A DNA stretch of 64,000 nucleotides from Dimorphilus gyrociliatus. Taxonomy: Eukaryota; Animalia; Annelida. A model generated the notes under the pieces. It saw nothing but the letters and a program-made list of their open reading frames with translations, searched no databases and was not told where the DNA came from. Shown piece by piece: positions 10,501 through 22,219 of the stretch; position 1 is the first letter of the stretch, and every line of letters starts with the position of its first letter. A program made the translations under genes and the position numbers. Location of the stretch: positions 2,660,165 to 2,724,164 of the forward strand of contig CAJFCJ010000005.1 in the NCBI GenBank assembly GCA_904063045.1. Reading direction: 5' to 3'.

Positions 10501-13500
10501 TCCCCCTCCACAATGGCTCATAGTCGTCATGGGTTACAGTTTTTTGAACAGTTGGATTAGTTTCAATTGGTGTAGCTTCTGGACTTGGTTCGGTTACAGC
10601 TTCTTCCAAGTTCTTTTGTTCGAATAAACGATCTGTTTCTTGTTGCATTTTTTCTAATTTTTCGACAAATCGCTTGTCTTCTTCAGCAAGATCAGTCTTT
10701 ATTCCTGCTGATTTGATAATCGGTGGTTTGACGGGCTTGGGTTCATCTTGAGGCTCTTGAGAGTAGAAAGAAAAACCTGGGGCAACGTTTGGTGTCGATT
10801 GCCTATTGTTACTCTGATACTCATCCCGAACAGTGGGTTTATAAGGACGATTACGCAACGACTCAGTTAATTCATCTGTTTTCCCTGAACAGATTTTACA
10901 GTTCATGTCAAATAAATGGCTTCCATGTTGAGAGGTCGTATCAGTTGCACTCATAATTCCCCCTAGGAGGTCAACTGGTTTATTCGATACGGTGCTGGTA
11001 ACTTCTCTTTGTTGTGTTGCCGTACTCTGGTTTTAAAAAAGATATAATAAGGCATAATTATGGTAAGTTTCAAGGCACAACGCCTTTTTTTATAATACCT
11101 TTAGACTCTTTTCAAAGAAACTTGCTGCCATTCGTACTAATTTACTTGCAATCAATTCACCCTGGTATACTTTCTTGAGAATCGACTATAAATAGAAAAT
11201 TATTTATAAATAACAACAAAAGGTGTGTAAAATTTAATGTAGAGCGTAACATACACTTTTATTCTTAAAGGAATCTTGGATAAGTTCGGCTTTTTTCTTA
11301 TATTTTGCATCGGTATTTTTATAGAATTTATATAGTTCTTCCTCAATATTCATAGCCAATTGCTTTACTTCCGCCGACGATAGCATAACTTCATCGTAAA
11401 ATTGCAAGCTAAAATGAAATTAAAAGAGTAATCAGTATTAACTTAATATGTTGGTTGTCAATAGATGCAAATTTTACTTTTCTTGCAGCAAATCTCTAAA
11501 AGCTCTTCTTGTTCGAAAACGCTCTGAGGCTAGCGACGATGAACTCTGGGAAGTCGGAGTTGCATACTGCTTACGTGATTCCTTTGGAGTTCTCTCAATT
11601 TGCATTTGTAAAATAGCTGCCGAGGTTGTTTCTTTGTCCTTCTTCACTGCTGATTTAGAAGGCGCTATAAGAACAGTAATGGGAAAGTTATAAATTACAA
11701 ACACAAAAAGTGATAGTTACTCACTAATAGGTTTAGTCGCTTTTCTGACAGAACTACTTTCGGGTGTCATGACATGAAAATCTGGGTGAAGTTTTAACCA
11801 CTCAACAAGTGTACTTCTAGTTGGAGCTGCAGGTCCGGTAATTATTTTCCCATTATTCGGTTGCATCATAACTAAGCGTTCATCTTCGTTCATCTTTAAT
11901 AGGTAACACATTTCGAATATTATAAACATAAAGTAAATAGACAAAAAGAAATCATTAGTGCAAATTACCTGACTTTTGTTAGTAACGCCGTTGTTTAGTA
12001 ATTCAATTGCATATATTGAATAATTTGATATACAATCCTGACTGCAGAAGAGCCCTTCAGTCATCTTATTACGACAGTCTGGAGCAATACATCTTTCCTT
12101 TTCAGAAATTTCTTCAGTAACACTTTTCTTCTTTTCTTCAAACTTCTTTAGTTTTTCCCGTCGCTTCTCCCTGGTTTCTTTCATTTCACGTAATCTTTCA
12201 TCCATACTTTCCAAACGTTGCTTTTGTCTTTCTGATCTTAGAACTGTACGAACAGGAGAATCAGTATCATTATCTGTGCTTTGTTGACCTTCGTCTCCAG
12301 TGTCAATGTATAAATCATCTGACATCATTGACTCATTTCTGCTTCTATTGCCCACTTGATCATCTTGATCTGTCCTTTTCTTTGACATTGCCTCTTTAAC
12401 TTTTTCGTAGTCAATATCTTTTTTTTCTTTCAGTTTAGCCTTCAATTCTTTCTTTTTTTCTTCTATGTTTTTGTTAAACTTTTCCTGATTGAGTTGTTCA
12501 GCTTTACGTTGTTCTTCAAGTTCTTTTCGTCTCTCATCGTTAGGTTTTCCCTTTGCACGTTTTTCGGCCGAAACACTTTCTTCATTCTTTGACGATTTGT
12601 CTTTCTCTTTGGCCTTCTCACGCTCTTCTCTTGGATGCCTAGTAAGTCTTTTCATTTTAGATTTTCGGGCACCATCCTCTTTAGCCCCACCAGCTAATAA
12701 GTAAACAATGTAGTAAAAAGATATTTAATGAAATGTATCTTTCAATAACTTTACCTCTACATTTAGGACAAATCCATCGAGATTTACTGGCTTCTATATT
12801 CTTCCCTTGTTGTCTTGTGACATTTACGCAACTTCCGTGAAACCACTCAACACAATTATCGCAACATATCATAAATCTTTTTCCATATGGCTTTCTACAA
12901 ATACACCACAGCTTTTCGGGATCGTCTTCAGAATGCCAACTATCATCAGACGGAATTTCAGCTGCTCCGTCGTCTTTAACTTCATCATCGCTCAATTCTA
13001 AGCTATCGTCAGAAGCATCCTCATCCTTCTCTGTTAAAAAAAAATGACAATTTTTTTAGAAAATTTTACGAGCATACATGGTAAATATTTACCAGGCACA
13101 TATTCTTCAAGGTTAGCTTGATCATACTTGGATCCCAATCCAGCATCAACCTGTTCTAATTTCTCAGCTTCACCTTCATTAAACTCTTCTTCCTCTTGGT
13201 GTTGTGAGTCATGTTCCGAAGAGTTCTCAGATTCATCTTGTGCTATTTTACGTTTCTTGGAAACCAAGGGATCTTCATGAGATTTTTCATCAATAAAAGT
13301 ATTTTCAGGGTCACTTTCATCGCTCGATTTTTTGCCTTTCAAAGACGAAAGTGGTTTGTTATCCTCATCATCCGAAATACTTTCATCGTTATTCTCATCA
13401 CTTTCCGGTTCAACATTTTTTCCTTTTATTTGTCTTCCTTTCCGTCGTTTTGTTGGAGAAGGCTTTGACTGGTTTTTTATAGGTTTTTTTCTCTCCATCT

Positions 13501-14413
13501 AATTTGTGCAAATTAATTAGTAAGAATAAAAAAAATTAATGAATAAGCTATAAAAAAAAATAACCTTTGCTTTCTTTTCAACCGGCTTCCCTTTTTTACC
13601 TCTTACTGCAATTGTTTTTGCTCCATCATTTGTAATTCTATCTTTTTCTTCTTGCTATTGTATGTGTTATTAAAAGGAGGTTATTGAACTCTTAAAAACT
13701 TTGTTAGTTATTTAAACTAAAAAACCTTTTTAGCAGCATTAGCTGGTGTTTTACGCTTTAGTAAAGCTTCTCTTTCTTTTTTTGCATTTTCCTCTCGGAT
13801 TCGCTTTGATGTTTGTCTTTGTTCAATTTCTTGAACACGAGTAGAGCGCCTTGATGGTAGTGGAGGTATTTCTTGCCTAAAACATTATTGTATAGATTCA
13901 CTAAAAGCCTGACGAATTGAATTCGTTTACTTCGTAGTTTTAGTAGCTTTGGGGTTAATCGTTTGACGATTAGCCGCATTAGTGACGTTGCTCCTTGTAA
14001 CGACCCCTTTTCTTGTTACTCTAGCATCAGTTCTTTCCAATTCGCCTGACATTGTTCTAGAATTCGTTTGATCTAAGGTAGGCTCTTTAGAGAAAGGTAA
14101 TTATTTTTGGTATTATATTCGAAAATGACATTGAAAAATATACCTTCTATTTCAAGTGCATTTTCTGCATCCTTATCACTATACTTAGGCCTTTCAACGT
14201 AAGAATGCTGGTAATGGTAAATATTTTGTTAAATAGTGCAAACTTTGTGACGAATTAACAAAAAAAAATTATAACAATTTATACAGTTAATATATCAGCT
14301 TTTAGTTTCTCTGATTTGCTTATATAAGGATTATACTTATGAAAAAAAAAACGTACATCTGTTAGGCAAGCTTCAACTATTCTTTTATCTGCTTTTGTCT
14401 TTTGAGTTGCCAT
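7592..14413 (-). CDS. DIDO1: DIDO1/PHF3 (fly pps)-like protein: PHD, TFIIS-M, SPOC, long RS/RE-, Q/P- and RGG-rich C-terminus; multi-exon
   Basis: PHD finger LWCICRKPYGKRFMICCDNCVEWFHGSCV...WICPKC (12681-12995); CIAPDC...FCSQDC motif; TFIIS-M exons ~11100-11500; HLFDMNCKIC; SPOC WRGSV...LCGRISP...RYGVISN...KDIYLAPL (9900-10520). Start MATQKTKADK at ATG 14413 was traced through GT-AG introns. Orthology to DIDO1 versus PHF3 cannot be separated. Confidence 0.88.
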
Positions 14414-17400
14414 ACGTAAATAAAACTTCCCACCTAAGTAGTAGAAGAGACATGTAAGTCTTTAAATTAAAAATATAATAAATATGTTCAACATTTTTAG
14501 GCACTTCAATAAAGATTTATAAATTTATCCTTCTCCTTTTATTACATATAATTGTTGTATGTTGCTTTAGCACATTTAAAGAGATGAAATGGTTTGTTTT
14601 TGAAAGTATGTGTAATAATTAAGATGATAGTATATTCTTAGTTTGTAACTTTGTCTAGGATTGGAAAAATGTAAAAGCTGTTGTAACTTGACTAAAATTT
14701 AATAGATCAATCTAATTTGTTTAAAATTTTCCTATTCCCATTTATATTTTTTATCTTCCAATTAATTAATTGCTTTTCTCAATTTTGTGCAAATGAATGC
14801 ATTAAACAGTTTTCATTGTAATGAATTCACTGCAGGTTAAATTTCATTTTGTACTGCTATAAGTAATACTTATTACATTAGTATGGACCAGATGGCATCA
14901 CCAGTCTAAGTCGTTGATTCATTTATCATTCTGATGTTTATATTATAAACATATATTATGGACCGAATATACTCACTTCCTAATCATAACAATAATTAAA
15001 GGACATAAAAATCATGTATAGTATGAATGACTGAATGACTTAATAAATCTTATAAATAACAATCCATCAAACGGAAACAAATAGATTCTATTTTCTATTC
15101 ATCTAGCAAAATTAATCTCAGAATTGGTGTATTACAAAAATAAGAATTTCTTATTTTGTTTATAATATAAACCGAAGAAAGAAAATGGAAATATGAGAAA
15201 GCAGAAATTTAAAGAATCTTGTTTTGGATTCCCTGTTCAAATCTTATCACTCTAATGTGAGAAATAGATGATATATAAAAAAAGTAATATATAACAATAA
15301 ATGTAATATATACACATATAACACGATAGAGTAAGGGTTGAAATAGTTCCTTTTGTTAACTCATCAAAGGAACAGTATCATATTATCTCTAGCTCTCTCT
15401 CATTTTCACATTTACTTTCTATGAAGTAATAATAAAAATAATAGAAACTATCTATTTTTCATTGATATTATTATAAAAGTATAATTCTCTACATTATTGA
15501 CCCTAATTATGCGCGCTGAATTAAATCTTTTGATGTTTTAGATAAGTTTCTTGTCTTTCCTTTTTCGAAATCAAACTTCAAAGAGGAAAAAATTTAATTG
15601 GTTTTTTTTCTTAAGGTTTACAATTATTGCATAGGTCATTGATACGTAGGTTGAAATAAAATAAGAAAAATCATTGCTTTAATGAGAGGTTTTACTAAGA
15701 AAAACTAGATCGAATTAAGGAAGTTGTGATGAAATAAAAATGGATTCATTTATAGCTAAATGTGTCCTCCGTTTTCAAGATAAACGACAAATTCCATGCT
15801 CTTCTAAGTTAATACGAAGGATAACGATTTGAATTTATCAAATTTCTCTTCCAAGCTATTTACACATTAAGCTGGCCATTTAATATAATATTGTTTTCAA
15901 AGTGCATACAGCTATAATATAACAAAATTTCGTTAACGATTATCAAAATTCAGAATAGTTCATATAACAAGGACGAATGTTTTTTATCTAAATTATTGAC
16001 CTGTCATTAGTAATTGAAGGGAATACCCTGAAATTCTTCTTAATAATATAAAATTTACAAGTCATTTTAGACTTCTTTTTAGTATATATCATTAAACATA
16101 ATTTATTGATAGGAATGAGTTGTAAACGGTCGATGATCGATCATGAGAAACTAAATATCCCAGGAAAACCCTATATAAATGTTTTTGCCAGGACTTCATG
16201 TAAAAATACCGCTATAGGCAAAAGTTTTTCAATACAATACCTAATTACTTTAATGATAGTTTCTACAGGGCTCAATTGGAAATCATTGCTGGGTAGGTAA
16301 TCTATTCATTAGCAATGATTTATACAATTTTTCTCTGATGAAAAAGGTTAAGTCTACCTTCCCTAAACATTATTGATACCAAAGCAGCCTGACGTTGAGT
16401 TTCCAAGTCATAGAAATTACATTGTCTTTTTCGTGTTTGTAATCCAATACTCTTAATTATGCAATTTGAAATGTATATAACATATTTTGCATACGACGGA
16501 TCTATACCAGGTGACTTGATAAGAGGAATACTAAAATCACTATGGCAGGATCTTCTCTCCATAGGTAGAGTGCGACATTATGTCCTGTACACTTTCGTGT
16601 GAATATTTGTTTATTTAGACAGAATTATAATGGCTAAATAAATAGTGATCGAAAGGAAAAGCAAAAAACAATTGTTTAAATTTCGAAAACATGATAGAGA
16701 ATCCTTTTGAAATTATGTGATGATCACTTATGATACCTACAGTATGTTTTAGAAAGACAAAACAATTATAACTAATAGGATATACGTATATACCAAGAAA
16801 CCATGCCAGGTTTCATGTGTGAATGTGTAACAATTCCATATAATCAGCTGATGGAAAAGGGAAGTGAAATTATCATTTTCCATTGGTTTGCTAACTTTTT
16901 AATGATTATATTTATTCCCAATAAGAATTGGAAGGAAATTCCATATTTTGCAATTGCAGGTATGGAGACTCAATTATAGCATTAATACTAGAAAAATACT
17001 GAAATACATTTAGAAAGCAAGATACCCAATCACATACAGACCTTTAATTTGTTCCACAAGGGACTCCAATACCTAGGATAATGAATCGAAGGTGTTGTTG
17101 AATATCGGTTGGTTAACCTCTTTCAAAGTGCTGAATCGACGATCTAAATGAGGATTTTGTATATATACTTTTTAAAGTGTCTCTTCTTCCCGGTAAACTG
17201 AATAAAAATTCTGATTGTTTGTGAAGACAAGTGTTTCAAATTCCAAAATTCAAAAGTGGTTTTTCTTGAGTAACAATGTTATACCCTTGATGTTTAGGAC
17301 AATAACAAAAAAGCTTTCAATTTAAAGATAAAATTATATACAGGGAATAGCTAATATGTGGGAAAATAGTAAAATTTCTCCAACAATATACTTAAGACGC

Positions 17401-19287
17401 CATATTGACTCCTTTGGTGCTAGGGCACTGAGCGAACTACTTTTTTTTTTAGAAGAAAACTTGAATGAATAATTTTAACTGTAATATTAAAAAAAAATTA
17501 AACTATGATATAATATGTCGAAGATCTACATTGGGAATGGGAAAGTTTGATCGAACAAGTTTTTTATGTACTTTCTTTTCGTCGAACTTGTGTGTAAAGT
17601 CAAGCGTAATAATATACAAATATTGTTCTTACTAACTACCACTATGAAATAGACTTTGTAGTAAATGGTATATCTAAGTTTGATTAATAGTTCTCCCACG
17701 TGAGTTTCTCCTCAATAATTTCCATCAGAACTTGTTAATATCGCAAAAATTCCTTAAACAGATATTTTGATTAAAATTATCTAGGTCAGCTTTCTTGAAT
17801 GTTCTAGTCATTACGAAGACCTTGAACTATATATGCTATCATGTCAATGTAAGACAAAAAAAATATTAAATGTATAAAATATTCCAAATTAGTTACGGGG
17901 TGCTTCAGAGGTCTTTGAAGGTTAGGTTAATGTCTACCTTCCAGCTTTTCCTTAAAGTATATTTCGCTGAAGAATTCAAGTATAAACTAAGAAAAGTCAA
18001 ATCGCCTAAGGCATTATGCACTCTAAAGGTAATCTCGTTCTCGCTAATTCCGTGTGAGAAAGTAGATGAAGGTTCTAAATTTGTAATCCCCTATTTAATT
18101 ACAAATTCGTCAACAAAAATGATGATGAAAAATTTTATAAAACGCAATTCTTAACGCTCCATCACAAAGCTATTACCTCAAATTTCTTATCCAATCATTG
18201 GCTTTCAAAACGAACTTGAAGTGTTAGATATTAAAAGATAAAACCTGATAAAACAATGTTAAAAGGTATGAAAAAATAAAAAAATCCTATGAATTTCTTA
18301 ATACTTCAACATGTGCTTCCTTGCCAGCGGTACATTTAGAACACTTTGAAACATGATTTCTTTATTGATTATGTCCAAAGTTTGATGATATTACTCCTTA
18401 TCTGACGCTTGCTGTTCCCAGATTATTGGCTTGTAGCCAGCTAATAAATTTTCAATAAAACACTGTCATATAACTATTATTTTATTTATTACAAAGGCTC
18501 TTTTATCGCTTGCCCAATTTAATTACCATAGTCTTCTTTTATATCACAGGTCTTTCAGTACAGAATTACATTTTACGTAAGAAAAATATTCTTAGCCAAT
18601 GTTACTGATTTATTTTTTATTCTATTTTGCTGGTAATTTAAGTATTGTTTTCAAAGAGAAAAGTCAACTATTTTTTTTTCTTTATATAAACTTATCCCAG
18701 ATATGAGACAATTTTCTTCTGTACGTGTGCTGATGTGTGGTAAATGGCACGGATGATGTTGAAAATAGTCCATATACAAAAGAAACTCTGATTTTCCACA
18801 GTTAGAAATTTTTTATATTTATGTTATTTTAATAATTTAATTTAATTCTATTGAAAGCATTCTTCGTCGACGCATAAATTTTTATAGACAACACATCTCG
18901 TCTCTATAAGTATAATTCCAGCAAGTTAAAAAAATACACATTCACATCTCGAACGGTACGAAAATTGGCAAACATTTCTCATAGCGTTCAAACCAACAAA
19001 TTATCCTATAATTGAACATTCAGAAATTACATATATTCCGAAATGCGATAAAATCCTGTTTCATGGAACTTTGTCCATGTTATTTTATATTGCATATACA
19101 TTAATAATAAATACAAGACATCATTCATATATCAACGGATGTATACGCAATATAAATTTGAGGAAGGAACTTGGGTTCCTTAGATTCTACCGAGTTTTGT
19201 GTAAATTTCCGAGCAAAAATAATTTCGCATATATGTATATATATATAAACATTAGGGATATATACACATAGATATATAAACGTGTAT

Positions 19288-19295
<8 letters not shown>

Positions 19296-19327
<32 letters not shown>
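19296..19327. repeat. (TA)n microsatellite, probably in the PTP4A 3' UTR
   Basis: About 16 TA units visible. Confidence 0.9.
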
Positions 19328-19334
<7 letters not shown>

Positions 19335-19574
19335 GGAAAGTATATATAAATATATGTTTACTGCAAGGAGCACCATTATAAACGATCCATATTATTACAA
19401 TGATCTTCAATCTACACAATAATTTGCATGCGCTACATTGAAAGCTGCGTGATACACAAAACGATTTCAAGAAACGATGCACAATATAGTGAGAAGCTGC
19501 GGAATCAGCGGCGAATCTTATGTTTAAAAAACCCTGACTTTTTTCCTTCCTCTGAAACCGCTTAGCTGTTTTTT

Positions 19575-20331
19575 TTACATTATGCAGCACTGCTTTCCGT
19601 TGGCTTTAAGCCGGCCTTTTGGACGATACTTCTTTAAAAACTCCAGCTGATTAGCGTTGATTGCCCCACGTCTTTGCCTATAAGATCAGTCACCTTTATT
19701 TTATTTTCAAACATGTCATAAATTGTACTTACGCTCGGATCATCTCTACAGCGGATTCATATTTCATTCCGCATTCAATCAAAGCAACAGCTACAAGAAC
19801 TGGAGCACGTCCTAATCCTGCGACGCAGTGAACAGCCACACAGGATCCTGGATCATTTTTGAATCGATTTTTTAATAAATCAAACCACTGATCCACTATC
19901 TTTTCGGGTGGCGGATATCCGTCGTCGAATGGCCAGTCCTGAAGAAAAAAATCACATTCTTGTTGACAGCATTCTATCATGCTTACACTCTTCGTACTAA
20001 GTAACCTTTAAGAAGCTACTTGACCTTCGACTTGTGGCCAAAAAGTTATTCCAATATATTTAAGATATATACTCACAATGACATTTATTCCTTGAGCTTG
20101 AATAGGCTCCTTAGAATAAGCTGACGGACAAACTCGAACTAAGTCGCGCACACCGACTCTCTTCAAGTCCTGAAATATGGAAAGAGATTAGCATCAAAGA
20201 TTCTCTCGATTGATCTTTATCGATTTTACCTGTATGTAGCTGTCTAACCCGTCCTCTTTGGGACAATTAGTTATGTAGAACTTCATGTTCTTATGAGTAA
20301 TTAAAGTCGGTTCAGGAAGTCTGGCCACCAT
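19575..20331 (-). CDS. PTP4A: PRL/PTP4A prenylated protein tyrosine phosphatase, 4 coding exons
   Basis: [70 protein letters not shown]-terminal CaaX CCIM* (TAA 19575-19577). Confidence 0.95.
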
Positions 20332-20486
20332 ACTTTCGCGTTTTTTCTTCAAAAAATGCAATTTACCAGCAAAAAAATTATTGTGCAGACAAAAATTTCG
20401 TTGGCAGCAGTGAATAAGGCAATCGACGATTTCTTTTTTTTCTGAATAAGAGCGTTTATTTTAATCCATCTAAAAAGTATGACTCC

Positions 20487-20702
20487 TTAGTTGAGATGCT
20501 GTGCCTGGCAGTAGTCACCGCTGTTGCACACAAATTCCATGAAGGTGTGCCCGAGTTCTCCTCTAAACTGCGTGAAAGAGAAGAACAGTCGTTAATTACA
20601 ATTTCCACTTCTTACGCAACTTTGTAAAGAGTCTTTGTTACGAATGACGGATTGTTCACCTACTGTTACGCGCCGACTTCGTACTCTCCCACTGCTTGAC
20701 AT
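20487..20702 (-). CDS. Peptide-coding uORF in the PTP4A 5' leader (spliced; C-terminal ...FRGELGHTFMEFVCNSGDYCQAQHLN*)
   Basis: ATG 20702, exon 20702-20616, 48-nt GTAAG...CAG intron 20615-20568, exon 20567-20487, giving a 55-aa open frame. An internal ATG at 20540 is in frame. The stop is 155 nt upstream of the PRL ATG. Vertebrate PTP4A1/2 leaders are known to carry a conserved Mg2+-responsive uORF. Confidence 0.75.
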
Positions 20703-21253
20703 AGCTTATCAAGCACACTAAAAAGTCACAACCGATAGCGTTGTTAAAATTAACAGAGATAATTAAACGGCCGCGTCAGGTATGCCGATACATATTGACT
20801 ACGTACTACCATCTGCCGGCAAAAAAAAACTTCATAAACCTAAGCAGATCGAGGTAATGCGTTACCATAGCATACACACCTGTTACTCTTTCTTTTCCAA
20901 GACTAGGAAAATAATTGCACTCATTGACCGTTTAAGAGATACGACAGAAATGTTTTAAAATCTTTTATTACTCAATATTGTACAATACAATGTGATTATG
21001 AATTTTTTTATAATGATTCATTACCACTAATTATCCACGTGATAAAATTCTTGGTCTATATCGAAAACAACTGTCTAAAAATATTCGAAACGGAAAAACA
21101 TATCGATAAAAAAAACGAAACGTTGCTTAGAAGTGAATACTGAGCTTATAAAACTGGTTTAAACTAGGTACGTGGTCATGGTAAACAAAACAACCTGAGA
21201 TATCTTGAGATTCTATCGAAAATTTACAGCTAAAATTCAATTATTCTACTTAC

Positions 21254-21400
21254 CAATATGTTCGCGCTCATTTATTGTCGAAATTCGAAGGGAAAAAGCT
21301 CTGAAGCTAGCGACTTCGATAAAAATATCGTCGCAGTGCGACAAGCGTTCTGGAAAGACCGAGAAATGGCGACCGGCCTTACAACGTCATTGGGAGATTT
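21254..21400 (-). promoter_or_regulatory. Putative distal first exon/promoter of PTP4A
   Basis: GC-rich segment with CCAATGACGT (CCAAT + CRE half-site, 21384-21393). It ends ATG AGC GCG AAC ATA TTG|GTAAGT (donor at 21253). Confidence 0.55.
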
Positions 21401-22219
21401 CCTTTTAGTTACTAGTGACATCTAGTTAAGAAACATTTTGATGTCTCAAATTCGTTACAACAAACAAGATAATATAAATATGTTTTTGTTATATTTTTTC
21501 TATCATCTTCTATACTTGCTCATGAGGCAAAGGTTCAACGAACGCTACGCCAAGATTATATTGTTCTAAATTACATGTTTTACAGAGTCTAACCAGTGAG
21601 CAGGTTTTCCAAAAAACACACACACATGATAATACAACGATAGGGAAGAATATTAAAATCGCTATATGTAACCACTGCTCGTCTTTGTTTACTAGATAGG
21701 AAAAAAAATAATGTTAATAAAAGCGTTACAAATCATTTCACTGGTGTATTAACCAACCGGAAACTTGATTAGAGACGTATAATGCAAATTTGATCTCTTG
21801 TTGGTTAGTCAATGATCGTTTGGTCTGAAATTAGACGAAGCATAACGTTTTTAATTCAAAAAATATGTAAAAAAAAAAAGGATTTTGAAAAATTCCATAT
21901 GGTTCGCAGCTGAAATAAACAATATTCTTTAAAACAAGAAGAAAAAGACGAAAGAAACATAAAACAAAAACGAGTGATTTATTTAACTTACGCGAAGTTT
22001 AATGTTTTTACGATCGATAAAAAAAGTCACGACTACATCGATAAATTGCAAAAGAAGCACAAACAGCCTGATTAATCTTATGTTTTTCATCGTTTTAAAT
22101 TTAAATTTGTGAGCGAAAAAGGGATACCGTATTAATATTATTTGGAATTACATTCGAATAATAGAGGATTTCTGTACAATATAAGATAATGTTCAGAAAT
22201 TAAAACTAATTTGTTAAAT

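Noticed and set aside
18350-18410. TGATGA…CTGA resembling C/D-box snoRNA boxes
   Set aside because: The boxes are only ~13 nt apart, there is no terminal stem, and it is not in a confirmed intron.
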